Shown here one piece after another: positions 16,571 through 29,025 of a stretch of 64,000 nt of DNA. Both the position numbers and the translations under genes were made by a program. Position 1 is the stretch's first letter. The number at the start of each line of letters is the position of its first letter. Location: the NCBI GenBank assembly GCA_963842015.1, contig CAWJFG010000016.1, forward strand, positions 11,059-75,058, given 5' to 3'. The DNA comes from an uncultured Acidimicrobiales bacterium (GTDB lineage: Bacteria > Actinomycetota > Acidimicrobiia > Acidimicrobiales > VFJN01). The notes under the pieces are model-generated. The model saw only the letters and a program-made list of their open reading frames with translations. It searched no databases and was not told where the DNA came from.

Positions 16571-17213
16571 CAGCCTCTCCTTCTGGCGCTTGAACAGTCC
16601 GGGGTCGCCCTCGTCGACGGGGTAGACCCGGTCGGGTCGAAGTGTCTCTGTCACGTGTTCTTCCTCGTTCTCGCCGACGAGTTCGCGGAGTCGGCGACGC
16701 GCCCGGTTCAGCCTCGAACGCACCGTGCCGACGGGAACGTCGAGCGCCGCAGCGATCTGGTCGTACGGCATGCCCTCCCAGGCGAAGAGCAGGAGGGTGT
16801 CGCGTTCTCCCTGCGGGAGCGTGGCGATCGCGGCGGCGACGTCGGCCCAGAGCACTCGAGGCGTCGAGGCGAGCGTCGACCTCGGAGAAGAGGTCGGGTG
16901 CGGTGATGGACGTGTTCACCAACCGTGCTGTCGCGTCGAGGCGGCGAGCCTCTCCCTGCCGATGGCGGGCCAGCAGGTTGCTCGCGATCCCGTACAGCCA
17001 GGGCCGCGCCGCCGCTCGCTCGGTGTCGAAGCCCGCCCGCTCCTCGAATGCGATCCGAAAGAGCTCCCCCAGCAGCGAGTCGGCGTCATCGGGGCCGACC
17101 CGGCGCACGAAGTAGCGGAACATCGTCGTCGCGTGCCGGTCGAACAGTTCGCCGAAGGAGGCCGGCGACGAGAACGAGCACGCGATGACCTCGGCGTCGG
17201 TGCGCGCATCCAT
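16571..17213 (-). pseudogene. ECF sigma factor with an apparent frameshift between regions 2 and 4
   Basis: From ATG 17213 it reads MDARTDAEVI..FDRHATTMFRYFVRRVG..RPWLYGIASNLLARH. Around 16850-16870 the frame changes to ..VLWADVAAAIATLPQGERDTLLLFAWEGMPYDQIAAALDVPVGTVRSRLNRARRRL. Confidence 0.6.
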
Positions 17214-17349
17214 CACCTCATGTTCTTCGCTCGCAGCGCCGAGTTCGGACCTGCTGCTGCGGACAGCCGCGTACCCGCCGAACTCGCCGCCCCGAGCCCG
17301 TCTCGGATCCCCGCTCACCGAGGGTCACGACCGGGGCGGACGTCGCCGA

Positions 17350-18075
17350 CTACGCGGACCGCACGACGCAGAGCTCGTTGTCGTCCGGATCGGTCATGAG
17401 CACCCGGTCGACGTCGCCCTGGCCGACGTCGACCCGGGTCGCGCCGAGCGCCACGAGACGGTCGATCTCGGCCTGCTGTTCGACGTCGTCGACCGGCGCG
17501 ACCTCGAGGTGCAGCCGGTTCTTGCCGAGCTTCGGGGGCAGCGGCGGACCACCCCAGGTGATCATCGGCCCGGTGCCGTCGGGAGCACGGATCGCTGTCT
17601 CCTCGTCCTGATCCCAGACCAACGGCCAGCCGAGCGCGGCGCTCCAGAAGTACCCGACCTCCCGCGTCCCGTCACAGGTGATCGAACCCAGACGCCCGCA
17701 GTCCGCGAGGAACGAGTTGCCCGGCTCGATCACGCAGAACTCGTTCCCCTCGGGATCGGCCAGCACGACATGGCCCTCCTCGGGTCGCTGCCCGATGTCG
17801 ATGTGGCGCGCGCCGAGGTCGACGAGCCTGGCCACAGATTCGCGCTGGTCGTCGAGGGACGTGCTCGTCAGATCGAGGTGGAGCCGGTTCGGGCCGACCT
17901 TCGGCTGTGGGACCGGCATGAAGTCCATCCGGAACCTCGTGCCGTCGGTCGGCACGAGACCGACCTTCCCAGCGGTCTCGTCGCCGACCTCCCAGCGCAG
18001 CGCCTCAGCCCAGAACCGCGCGAGACCGGGCGGATCGTTCGCATCGACGCAGAGCGCAACGAGCCGAAGAGACAT
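17350..18075 (-). CDS. Two-domain VOC/glyoxalase-like protein
   Basis: From ATG 18075 it reads MSLRLVALCVDANDPPGLARFWAEALRW. It contains the repeated modules ..LADPEGNEFCV.. and ..MTDPDDNELCV... Confidence 0.8.
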   Translation of the reverse strand: MSLRLVALCVDANDPPGLARFWAEALRWEVGDETAGKVGLVPTDGTRFRMDFMPVPQPKVGPNRLHLDLTSTSLDDQRESVARLVDLGARHIDIGQRPEEGHVVLADPEGNEFCVIEPGNSFLADCGRLGSITCDGTREVGYFWSAALGWPLVWDQDEETAIRAPDGTGPMITWGGPPLPPKLGKNRLHLEVAPVDDVEQQAEIDRLVALGATRVDVGQGDVDRVLMTDPDDNELCVVRSA

Positions 18076-18246
18076 CCCGCTCCCAGCATCGCAGCCTCGG
18101 TTGGCGACGACCTCCCGACATTCGTCGTCGCCGAACTGGTGACCCCGAACGCCCGCGTGCCGGGTTGGGCACGCGAGGATCTCGCTGCGACACTCCGCCC
18201 GCTCCGCTGAGAGCGTCATCGGGGAGCCAGCATCCGGCTCGGTGGT

Positions 18247-19197
18247 CTAGCGGGGATGTCCCCTCAGCCAGTCGACGTAGTCCGGCACGGCGCGCTCGAC
18301 GTCGTAGGCCGGTCGGAAGCCGGTGTCTGCCCGCAGCCGGGTGGTGTCGAGGTGATTGTCCGGGGGCCTGTCCGGGTTGCGACCCGGCGGGAGGGTGATG
18401 GCGGCGCCCGGTACCGCAGCGTTGATCGCGGCCACGACCTCGCTGTACTGCACCAGCCGTCCGCTCGACACGTTGTAGATGCGGTGGTTCAGCCGCTCCG
18501 CGACCATGAGCAGCGCGATGGCCCGGCCGCAGTCCTTCACGTAGCAGAGGTCCGTGCGGTCCTCGGCGTACGCGGCCGGGCGGGGCGGGGTGAGATCGGG
18601 GTCCTCCCCCCAGACCGCTGCGCTGAGCAGGCGGGGAAGCGCGAAGAACGGGTTGTCGGGCAGGCCGAGGGGTCCCCAGATGGTGCCGATTCGCAGGCTC
18701 ACCGTGTCGAACCCCGCACTGTCGCCGGTCAGCGTGGCGAACAGCTCTGCGGTCTTCTTGAACACCGGGATCTGGTGCGCTGCGACCACCGGCAGTGGGG
18801 CGTCCTCGCGCCACGGGACCTCGTCGACCCCCGCGTACACGCCGATGGTGCTGGCGACGGAGAACCGCCGCACGCCCCAGACCGTCGCCGCCTCGAGGGC
18901 GTTGAGCAGGCCGAGGCTGTCGGCGCGGAGGTACTCGACCGGATCGGGCAGGTCGTGGCGGGCGGCTGCGAGGTGCACGATGCCGGTGATCTCGTGCCGC
19001 CTTCCGATGTCGAGGAAGGTCGTCTCGTCCGCGGTGTCCAGCGGCTCGACGACGACTCGGCCGCCGGGCTCGCCGGCGAGGTGCTCCGGCAGCTGGGTGG
19101 ACCGGTGCGCAGTGAGCACGACGGATTCTCCCAGGTCGAGCAGCGCCCGAGCGGTGTGGGACCCGATGGAACCCAGGCCGCCGGTGACGAGGATCAT
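18247..19197 (-). CDS. NAD-dependent epimerase/dehydratase family protein
   Basis: The Rossmann N-terminus [14 protein letters not shown] starts at ATG 19197. The longer ORF-track start is rejected. Confidence 0.85.
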   Translation of the reverse strand: MILVTGGLGSIGSHTARALLDLGESVVLTAHRSTQLPEHLAGEPGGRVVVEPLDTADETTFLDIGRRHEITGIVHLAAARHDLPDPVEYLRADSLGLLNALEAATVWGVRRFSVASTIGVYAGVDEVPWREDAPLPVVAAHQIPVFKKTAELFATLTGDSAGFDTVSLRIGTIWGPLGLPDNPFFALPRLLSAAVWGEDPDLTPPRPAAYAEDRTDLCYVKDCGRAIALLMVAERLNHRIYNVSSGRLVQYSEVVAAINAAVPGAAITLPPGRNPDRPPDNHLDTTRLRADTGFRPAYDVERAVPDYVDWLRGHPR

Positions 19198-19724
19198 TCG
19201 TGATCCTCCACCGCAGGTGTGGTCATGACGCCGGGGAGGCGGTCGCCGGCGAAGTCGAGCAGGCCGACCCATGTCGGACGGACGGTGATGCGTGCCATGC
19301 GGGTGCCGGTCTGGTCGGCCATGGCGAGGTAGTGGCCGGCGGCTTCTGCGCCGAGGTACTGCCGCGCTGAGCGGGCGTAGTCGGGATCGATCCCGTCGAC
19401 CTCGGTGACCTCCGCCTTGCCTCGGATGAGGAGCACCTGTGCGGGTGCGCTCTCGGTGTCGATCGAGACGGCGACGTCGGGTCGGGCGCGCAAGGCGGAC
19501 AGCCGACGTGAGGGCTCGGCGACGTGCGGTGCGCGGATGAACGTGGGCATGACCAGCTCGCCATCGGTCCACTGGAACCAGCTGGCGACGATCCGTGGGG
19601 TGCCGTCCTTCGCCGTGTAGGCGACGCGGGCCGGGATGGCTGCGGCCAGCAGCGTCCTCGCGAGAGGGCTGTCGAGCAGCTCCGGATTCCCCTGTGGCAG
19701 GGCGGCGAGGTCAGCGTCGGTCAT
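19194..19724 (-). CDS. Pyridoxamine 5'-phosphate oxidase family (PPOX-class, possibly F420-dependent) protein
   Basis: The 176-aa ORF has a 4-nt overlap with the epimerase start. It shows a split-barrel-like pattern [29 protein letters not shown]. Confidence 0.7.
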   Translation of the reverse strand: MTDADLAALPQGNPELLDSPLARTLLAAAIPARVAYTAKDGTPRIVASWFQWTDGELVMPTFIRAPHVAEPSRRLSALRARPDVAVSIDTESAPAQVLLIRGKAEVTEVDGIDPDYARSARQYLGAEAAGHYLAMADQTGTRMARITVRPTWVGLLDFAGDRLPGVMTTPAVEDHE

Positions 19725-19769
19725 GGCTGCGTCTCCTGTTGGTCTCGGTGTCGCCTTCGGTCGCGAGGG

Positions 19770-20375
19770 TCATCGCTCGACCGCGTAGTGGAGATGGGTG
19801 ACGCCCGGGGCGGGCACCGCCTCGACGAGGCGGAGCCGGATGTGCCCGGGCAGCTCCTGGAAGAACGGACGGCCGGCGCCGAGCAGGACCGGCACCTGGT
19901 GGAGGACCAGCTCGTCGACGAGCCCTGCCTTCAGGGCCTCGGTCACCACACCGCCGCCCATCAGCGCGACGTCCTTGTCGCCGGCTGCCTCCCGGGCTGC
20001 CGCGACCGCGTCCTCGATCCCGGTCGTGATCAGCGTCTGGCGGCCGCCCATCTGCGGCGCCGGCCGGTGGCTGAGGACGAACAGCGGAGCCGTCGGGTGC
20101 GGACCGCCGTCGTCGCCGAAGCGGTCGGAGTCCTCGTAGGTGTTGCGCCCGGCGAGGCTCGCGCCGACACGACGGGCGCCGGCGTCGAAGACCCGGGCGC
20201 TGGGCTCGCTGAGCGTGAAGCCGTCGAACACCTGGCTGGGGACGTCACCGTCGCCGTACCAGTCGAAGAGCGTCGCTCCGTCGCCGAGCCCTCGCCCGGG
20301 GCCAGGGTCGCGACCGGTGATGTACCCGTCGACCGAGACGGCCATCGCACTGAAGACCTTGCTCATCTCCGTCAC
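19770..20375 (-). CDS. Dihydrofolate reductase family protein (RibD C-terminal domain)
   Basis: Motifs include AMAVSVDGYITG, LAGRNTYE, LMGGGVVTEALKAGLVDELVLHQVPVLLGAG. Confidence 0.8.
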   Translation of the reverse strand: MTEMSKVFSAMAVSVDGYITGRDPGPGRGLGDGATLFDWYGDGDVPSQVFDGFTLSEPSARVFDAGARRVGASLAGRNTYEDSDRFGDDGGPHPTAPLFVLSHRPAPQMGGRQTLITTGIEDAVAAAREAAGDKDVALMGGGVVTEALKAGLVDELVLHQVPVLLGAGRPFFQELPGHIRLRLVEAVPAPGVTHLHYAVER

Positions 20376-20422
20376 CCCTCCCGAGTTCCTTCAAGAGACG
20401 CTGTGAACCCTAACACAGCAGC

Positions 20423-20437
20423 GTTCCCTGAGGGAAC
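20423..20437. promoter_or_regulatory. 15-bp palindrome GTTCCCTGAGGGAAC in the DHFR-like/HxlR divergent region
   Basis: Read directly from the sequence. A second small inverted repeat CTGTG..CACAG lies at 20401-20418. Confidence 0.35.
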
Positions 20438-20458
20438 CCCGCTTGCTAGGCTGCGCCC

Positions 20459-20911
20459 ATGCAACGCACGAACTTCGGGGAGATGGCCTGCTCCATCGCG
20501 CGCACCCTCGACGTGATCGGCGAGCCGTGGTCGCCGCTGATCCTGCGTGACGTGTGGGTCGGGATGCGCCGGTTCGACCAGCTCCAGGCCGACCTCGGGA
20601 TCTCGCGCAAGGTCCTGACCGAGCGGCTCAACCACCTCGTCGACCACGGCGTGCTCGAGCGCCGTCCCTACGACCGGCGGCCACGCCACGAGTACCACCT
20701 CACGTCCAAGGGCACCGAGCTCGTGGACCTGCTCATGGTCATGGCCGGCTGGGGCGACAGGTGGCTGGCGGGCGACGCCGGCCCGCCCGCGCTCTACCGC
20801 CACCACGCGTGCGGTGAGATCAGCCACGTCGAGCTGCGCTGCGCACACTGCGGCGAGCCGATGCACGCAGGCGACGTCGACCTGCTGTCCGGCCCCGGCG
20901 CAGCCCCGTGA
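20459..20911 (+). CDS. HxlR-family winged-helix transcriptional regulator
   Basis: Motifs include CSIARTLDVIGEPWSPLILRDV and RFDQLQADLGISRKVLTERLNHLVDHGVLERRPY. Confidence 0.9.
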   Translation: MQRTNFGEMACSIARTLDVIGEPWSPLILRDVWVGMRRFDQLQADLGISRKVLTERLNHLVDHGVLERRPYDRRPRHEYHLTSKGTELVDLLMVMAGWGDRWLAGDAGPPALYRHHACGEISHVELRCAHCGEPMHAGDVDLLSGPGAAP

Positions 20912-20944
20912 TCGAGGCGGATCCAGAGCATCCCGGTCGTTACC

Positions 20945-21736
20945 GTGCCGTTCGTGACCTTCACGCTGTTACCCGCCGTCGACGTCGCCGACGGTCGAGC
21001 CGTCCGGCTCGTCCAGGGCGAGGCCGGCAGCGAGGCCACCGACGGCGACCCGCGCGACGCCGCGCTCGCGTGGCAGGCCGGCGGAGCGGAGTGGATCCAC
21101 CTGGTCGACCTGGACGCGGCGTTTCGTCGGGGCTCCAACGCCGAGCTGCTCGCCGCCGTGATCGGGGAGCTGGACGTCGAGGTGCAACTGTCGGGCGGCA
21201 TCCGCGACGACCCCTCGCTGGAGAGGGCGCTTTCCACCGGCTGTGCGCGGGTCAACCTCGGCACGGCGGCGTTGGAGGACCGGGCATGGTGCGCACGAAC
21301 GATCGCCGCGCACGGCGACCGCATCGCCGTCAGCCTCGACGTGCGCGTCGTCGACGATCCGGGCGGCTCGACGCAGCACCGGCTCGCCGCCCGTGGCGGG
21401 ACCGCCGAGGGCGGCGACCTGTGGGAGGCGCTGGCGCGGCTGGAAGAGGACGGCTGCGCCCGCTACGTCGTCACCGACGTGAGCAGAGACGGCATGCTGC
21501 GCGGCCCCAACGTGGAGCTCTACCGGGCGGTCACCCGCGCCACCACGGCCCCGGTGATCGCCTCCGGCGGTATCTCGTCGATCGAGGACCTGGTCGTCCT
21601 GGCCGAGGCCGCCGCAGCGGGCGCGAACCTCGAGGGCTCGATCGTCGGCAGAGCGCTCGACGCCGGCCGATTCACCCTGCCCGACGCGCTCGAGGCGATG
21701 CGGCGGATCGACGAGGCCGCGCGATTCGTGGTGTGA
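20945..21736 (+). CDS. priA: HisA/PriA-type (beta/alpha)8 phosphoribosyl isomerase
   Basis: Motifs include [60 protein letters not shown] and GSIVGRAL. Confidence 0.85.
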   Translation: MPFVTFTLLPAVDVADGRAVRLVQGEAGSEATDGDPRDAALAWQAGGAEWIHLVDLDAAFRRGSNAELLAAVIGELDVEVQLSGGIRDDPSLERALSTGCARVNLGTAALEDRAWCARTIAAHGDRIAVSLDVRVVDDPGGSTQHRLAARGGTAEGGDLWEALARLEEDGCARYVVTDVSRDGMLRGPNVELYRAVTRATTAPVIASGGISSIEDLVVLAEAAAAGANLEGSIVGRALDAGRFTLPDALEAMRRIDEAARFVV

Positions 21737-21861
21737 CCGGGGAGGCGTGACGCCGCGTCGTCCCCCGTCTGGGCATCAACGCGGGGGCAGTCCGTGCAGA
21801 GCGTGCCTGCGGGACACAGACAGGACACGGCCTTCACGGTTCCGGCCGGCGGCCGGCACCA

Positions 21862-22944
21862 CTAGTACGAACGCACCGGCGGGAGGTGGGCGACGAGCGA
21901 CTGCAGCAGCAACGTCTCGTTGGGGTAGCGCTGGAGCGAGACCGCGGCGGCGTCGAGGCGCGTCGTCGCTTCGACGAGGTCGCGTCGCGGGCCGAGCGCG
22001 GCGATGGCGTCGCGGTACGCGCCTGCGAGCGTGGCGAGGCCGAGGCGCAGCTCGGCGGTGCGGAACCGGCGGACCTCACGCTTGTGACGGGCCTCGAGGT
22101 CCTTGCGGCCCGAGCCCCGCAGGCCGTACTGCTCGATCTGCTCGTCGACCGCGGCGATCTCGGCCGCCTGGCGCTCCTGCAGCGGGCCGAGGGCCTCGCC
22201 GATCATCGACTGGAGCTCGGCCACCAGCGTCGCCGCCCGATGCCCGGTCCCGTCGAGCCGGCCGGGGACGTCGCGCCACGCCTGGTGCCGCAGCGCCAAG
22301 CGGTCGTCGGTGGCCAAGGTGCGGGCCCGGTCGAGGTCGCCGGCCGCCGCGGCTGCGGCGGCCGCAGCGCGCTGGGGGTCGGCCCCCTCGGCCAGCAGCC
22401 GGTCGGTCACGACGTCGGTGGGCAGCGCGAACAGCTCGACCCGCACGCACCGGCTGGCGATGGTGACGATCTCGGGGACGACCTCGGTGGTGAGCAGGAC
22501 GAACACGGTCGAGGCCGGCGGTTCCTCGACGGTCTTGAGCAGGTAGCCGGCGGCCTCGTCCTCCATGTCCTCGCAGCCGTCGGCGACGATCACCTTGCGG
22601 GCGCCCTCGACCGGCGCCAGCGTGGCGCTGCGCACCACCCGCTCGGCGTCGCCCTTGCGGAACGTGTTGCCCTCGGGCTCGACCAGACGCAGGTCGGGGT
22701 GCTGACCTGCCAGCGCCAGGCGCACGTGGCGCTCGCGCGCCTCCTCGTCCGCCGCACCGACCGACAGCAGGGCGGCGGCGAAGGCGCGTGCCACACCCTG
22801 CTTGCCGGACCCGGGCGGGCCCACCAGCAGGTAGGCGTGGACCGGATCGGCGACGGAGGCGGCCAACCGCCGCACCGCGCCCTCCTGCCCGACCACGTCC
22901 CGCCAGGGGTCGACGGCGGCGTCGGGCGGGGCGGCAGCACTCAC
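21862..22944 (-). CDS. holB: DNA polymerase III subunit delta'
   Basis: Motifs include GQEGAVRRL, HAYLLVGPPGSGK, HPDLRLVEPEG and LLKTVEEPP. GTG 22944 is preferred. The ORF-track start 23025 lies inside a repeat array. Confidence 0.8.
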   Translation of the reverse strand: MSAAAPPDAAVDPWRDVVGQEGAVRRLAASVADPVHAYLLVGPPGSGKQGVARAFAAALLSVGAADEEARERHVRLALAGQHPDLRLVEPEGNTFRKGDAERVVRSATLAPVEGARKVIVADGCEDMEDEAAGYLLKTVEEPPASTVFVLLTTEVVPEIVTIASRCVRVELFALPTDVVTDRLLAEGADPQRAAAAAAAAAGDLDRARTLATDDRLALRHQAWRDVPGRLDGTGHRAATLVAELQSMIGEALGPLQERQAAEIAAVDEQIEQYGLRGSGRKDLEARHKREVRRFRTAELRLGLATLAGAYRDAIAALGPRRDLVEATTRLDAAAVSLQRYPNETLLLQSLVAHLPPVRSY

Positions 22945-23027
22945 CGCGCCATCATCGCATCGCCAGCGGGCCCGTCCCGAGGCGACCGGTTCCACCGCGG
23001 CGAGGATGAGGCCACAGTTCCGCATAC

Positions 23028-23159
23028 GGAACCCATCGCCTCGCCCCCGATCCGATGGAACCCATTGCCTCGCCCTCGGTCCGGTGGAACCGATTGCCTC
23101 GCCCCGGGCCCGGGCCCGGCGCGACCCGGGTTCCGGCGAGGCCGAACCGATTGCCTCGG
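23028..23159. repeat. Four direct copies of GGAACC(C/G)AT(T/C)GCCTCG(C/G)C in the tmk-holB spacer
   Basis: The copies lie at 23028-23045, 23057-23074, 23086-23103 and 23143-23159. Inverted partial copies lie near 22975-22995 and 23128-23141. Confidence 0.75.
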
Positions 23160-23160
23160 G

Positions 23161-23805
23161 TCAGGTGGTTGCCAGGTCGGGGAGGCGGGCGGTGACGGCG
23201 GCCCACACCGCGGCCTCGACCGCGTCGGCGGGCGCCGAGCCGTCGATCGTCGCCCAGTGGAGGGGGTCGGCGCTGGCGAGGGCGTGGTAGCCCCGCGCCA
23301 CGCGGTCGTGGAAGTCGGCCCCGGCTGCCTCGACCCGGTCGGGGGCGCCCGACGCCCGGGCCGCGGCCACCTCGGGCGGCACGTCGAGCAGGACGATGAG
23401 GTCGGGCCACAGATCGCCGCTCGCCCACGCCGACATCCGCCGCAGCTCGATGATCGGCAGGCCCCGGCCGTGGCCCTGGTACGCCAGGGTCGATCCGACG
23501 TACCGGTCGGACACGACGTGGCGGCCGGCGACCAGGGCCGGGCGCACGACCTCGGCGACGTGTTGCGCCCGGTCGGCGGCCATCAGCAGCGCCTCGGCGC
23601 GGTCGGCGAGACCGGTCGTGCGGGCGTCGAGCATCAGCTCGCGGAGCCGGCGGCCGATGGCCGTGCCGCCCGGCTCGTGCGTGTGCACCGCGCCGAGCCG
23701 CTCGGCGAGCCGGGTGGACTGGGTCGACTTGCCGCTGGCATCGCCGCCTTCGAACACGATGAACCGCGCCACGGCGCCGAGCTTGCCAGGTGCCGCCCGG
23801 AACAT
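23161..23805 (-). CDS. tmk: dTMP (thymidylate) kinase
   Basis: Motifs include FIVFEGGDASGKSTQ and DRYVGSTLAYQG. The start is ATG 23805 or GTG 23772. Confidence 0.85.
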   Translation of the reverse strand: MFRAAPGKLGAVARFIVFEGGDASGKSTQSTRLAERLGAVHTHEPGGTAIGRRLRELMLDARTTGLADRAEALLMAADRAQHVAEVVRPALVAGRHVVSDRYVGSTLAYQGHGRGLPIIELRRMSAWASGDLWPDLIVLLDVPPEVAAARASGAPDRVEAAGADFHDRVARGYHALASADPLHWATIDGSAPADAVEAAVWAAVTARLPDLATT

Positions 23806-23901
23806 CGGCCATGGGATGTCGAGAGCGGGCGCTCGGCACCGACCATGGACGACGGATGTGCCCGGCACGCCCGCCCGCGCCCACGACGAGAGGAACCCTG
23901 C

Positions 23902-24816
23902 ATGAGCCCGAGCACCAGCCCCACCCCCGGTCCCGACAGCCGGCACGCCCGCGTCGGCGTCACCCTCCCGACGTTCGGGCCGCACGCCGGGCCGGAGGCG
24001 ATCGTGACCGTGGCCCGGGCGGCCGACCGGCTCGGCCTGCACACGGTGGCCGCGACCGAGCGTCTGCTGTTCCCGGCCGGCGAGGGCTGGGACAACGCCT
24101 ACGGCCTGCCCGACGCCTACGTGTGGGAGCCCATCGAGGTGCTCACGTGGGCGGCGGCCCACACCGAGCGCGTCCGGCTGGCGACCGGCATCGTCAACGC
24201 CCTGTTCCAGTCACCGATCGTGCTGGCCCGCCGGCTCGCCACGCTCGACCGGCTGTCGGGCGGACGGCTGGACGTCGGGCTCGGGCAGGGCTGGCTACCC
24301 GAGGAGTTCGTCGCCACCGGCGTCCCGACCGCACGTCGGGGAGCCGGCTTCGAAGACCACCTCGCGGCCATGCGGGCCTGCTGGGGGCCCGACCCGGTCG
24401 AGCACGACGGCGCCGACTACGTGATCCCCACCGCCAAGGTGGGGCCGAAGCCCGTGCGCGGTGCGGACATCCCGCTGCTGGTCGGGGCGGTGGCCCGGCC
24501 CGCCGTCGAGCGGGCGGCCCGCCTCGGCGGGTTCGTCACGGCCGTGCGCGACTGGGACAGCAGCGCCACCGAGATCGGCTGGTACCACGCCGCCGGCGGG
24601 ACGGGACCGGTGGTGGTGCAGGTGATGTCGACCTGGGGCGCGGACGCCGGCGACCCTGTCGACGCCTTCGCGGCCTGGGCGGTGAGCGAGGTCGACCACG
24701 CGGGTGCGGTCGGTGCCGACGAGATCCGCTTCGAGCTCAACCTCACGAGCGTCCCGATCGACCGGCAGGTCGCAGCGCTGGAGGCGCTGGCGACCGCCCT
24801 CGACCTGGGTTCCTGA
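23902..24816 (+). CDS. LLM-class (luciferase-like) F420-dependent oxidoreductase
   Basis: From ATG 23902 it reads VGVTLPTFGP..LSGGRLDVGLGQGWLPEEF... The rest of the 976-aa ORF-track entry is an antisense shadow. Confidence 0.8.
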   Translation: MSPSTSPTPGPDSRHARVGVTLPTFGPHAGPEAIVTVARAADRLGLHTVAATERLLFPAGEGWDNAYGLPDAYVWEPIEVLTWAAAHTERVRLATGIVNALFQSPIVLARRLATLDRLSGGRLDVGLGQGWLPEEFVATGVPTARRGAGFEDHLAAMRACWGPDPVEHDGADYVIPTAKVGPKPVRGADIPLLVGAVARPAVERAARLGGFVTAVRDWDSSATEIGWYHAAGGTGPVVVQVMSTWGADAGDPVDAFAAWAVSEVDHAGAVGADEIRFELNLTSVPIDRQVAALEALATALDLGS

Positions 24817-24877
24817 GCGCGGTCAGCGGGCGACGGTCACCCGCGTCGCCGGTCGGCCGGCGACGAGTGGTGTGCGG

Positions 24878-27718
<2,841 letters not shown>

Positions 27719-27863
27719 CGGCGACAGTTGAAAGGCATCGCGGCGTGACTGTCAAACACCTGGTGGCCAGGACGGCCCTTTCGCCGACCGCCTCGTCCGT
27801 ATCACAGGTACCCACGCCGGGTAGCCCGTGGGGCGCGACGGGCACGACCGAGAGGACACCGAC

Positions 27864-28067
27864 ATGAGCGGTACCGGCGACGACATGAAGGGTCGGGCGA
27901 AGGAGGCCCTCGGGGACCTCACCGACGACGAGCGCCTGCAGCGCGAGGGCAAGGCCGACCGGGCCTCCGGCGCGCTGAAGGACAAGGTGAACGGCGCCAA
28001 GAACTGGGTCGAGGAGAAGATCGACCGCGTCCGGAACAAGGCGCAGCATCACGACGACCGGAGCTGA
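27864..28067 (+). CDS. CsbD-family stress protein
   Basis: It reads MSGTGDDMKGRAKEALGDLTDDERLQREGKADRASGALKDKV. GAGAGGA lies upstream of ATG 27864. Confidence 0.8.
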   Translation: MSGTGDDMKGRAKEALGDLTDDERLQREGKADRASGALKDKVNGAKNWVEEKIDRVRNKAQHHDDRS

Positions 28068-28127
28068 GCAACACCCGACCTCCGGCACCGGCCCACCGCT
28101 CGCGACGACCGCACCGGGGGTCGACTA

Positions 28128-28170
28128 GGGGTCATCCCCGATGGCGGGCGGGGGGACCGCCCGTAGCCTG
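28128..28170 (+). promoter_or_regulatory. Conserved bipartite box GGGGTCATCCCC-N22-CGTAGCCTG (copy 1 of 3)
   Basis: It has the same architecture and the same 22-nt spacing as 29190-29232 and 30598-30640. It lies about 90 nt upstream of ATG 28218. Confidence 0.55.
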
Positions 28171-28217
28171 ACCGTGTCCCCGACCGCCGCCGGGGGCGAC
28201 GGACCCAGGAGGACAGG

Positions 28218-28934
28218 ATGGACGGCATGTCACTGCTCGACGTGCTGCGTGGCGTGATGCTCGACCCGGCTGAACAGGCCGTCTACGACGCCGACCCCGG
28301 CGCGTACCTCGAGCAGTACGGCTACGAGGACGTCGACGCTGCCGACCTGTCCGAGGCGTTCGGGCTCGTCGCCGACACGCTGCCCGCCGACCAGGCGATG
28401 GCGGCGTGGACAGGCGAGTCGGGTCCCGAGTCTCCCCTGCTCGGCGACGACACGACCGACTTCGACGTCGGTGAGCCCGATGACGCCGCTCTGTCCGGCG
28501 ACGACGCGGGTGACCCGATCGACGACCTCGACCACCTCGACGGTTTCGACGGCACCGGCGACCGCGGCGCCGACGCGGACGACTCGGGTGACGAACCGGC
28601 GCTGTCGTTCGGGCGCGGGGACGAGGACGCCGACGACGACGACGCATTGCCCGACGATCTCGACGGCGACCTCGGGCTGTTCGGCACGGCTGCTCCCGAC
28701 GAGATCGACACGGGCGGGCTCGACAGCGCGGATCCCGACGGCGACGGCGACGTCGATCTCGACGACGCGTTCGGCACGTTCGCCGCCGACGACCCCGACG
28801 ACGACCTGGGCGACCACGACGGCCTCGGCCACGGTCTCGCCGACGATGCCGACGACGTCGACGACCTGGCCGAGATCGAGGGGCTGGGACCCGTCGACGA
28901 CGGCCCGGACGAGGTCGACATCGGCTCCTTCTGA
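28218..28934 (+). CDS. IniB-N-terminal-domain protein with a hyper-acidic Asp-rich body
   Basis: GGAGGA is the RBS. The N-terminus M(DG)MSLLDVLRGVMLDPAEQAVYDADPGAYLEQYG resembles the M. tuberculosis IniB N-terminus as I recall it (MTSLIDYILSLFRSEDAARSFV..). The rest is D/G/L low complexity. Confidence 0.6.
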   Translation: MDGMSLLDVLRGVMLDPAEQAVYDADPGAYLEQYGYEDVDAADLSEAFGLVADTLPADQAMAAWTGESGPESPLLGDDTTDFDVGEPDDAALSGDDAGDPIDDLDHLDGFDGTGDRGADADDSGDEPALSFGRGDEDADDDDALPDDLDGDLGLFGTAAPDEIDTGGLDSADPDGDGDVDLDDAFGTFAADDPDDDLGDHDGLGHGLADDADDVDDLAEIEGLGPVDDGPDEVDIGSF

Positions 28935-29004
28935 CGCCCGGACGAGGTCGACATCGGCTCGTTCTGACCGGCCCGGACGAGCTCGACATCGGCTCGTTCC
29001 GACC
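28904..29004 (+). repeat. Three tandem 33-35-bp copies of the gene's 3' end (CCCGGACGAGGTCGACATCGGCTC(C/G)TTCTGAC)
   Basis: Copy 1 encodes ..PDEVDIGSF-stop. Copy 2 is in frame and again reads RPDEVDIGSF-stop. Copy 3 is out of frame. Confidence 0.8.
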
Positions 29005-29025
29005 CCGCTCCGACCCCTCCCCCAC

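Noticed and set aside
23028-23159. A CRISPR-like array in the tmk-holB spacer.
   Set aside because: The repeats are only about 18 bp, with spacers of about 11 bp and irregular spacing. There are only four copies, no cas genes and no leader.
21886-24816. A 976-aa plus-strand ORF spanning holB, tmk and the LLM gene. Similar giant ORFs occur at 24704-27748, 39205-41967 (first half), 39334-42228 (upstream half), 41636-44221, 42121-44553, 45450-48185 and 45751-47841.
   Set aside because: These are typical high-GC antisense or out-of-frame shadow ORFs. Their translations are Arg/Gly/Pro/Ala junk, and they overlap genes with clear family motifs on the other strand or frame. Only the segments with recognisable proteins were kept.
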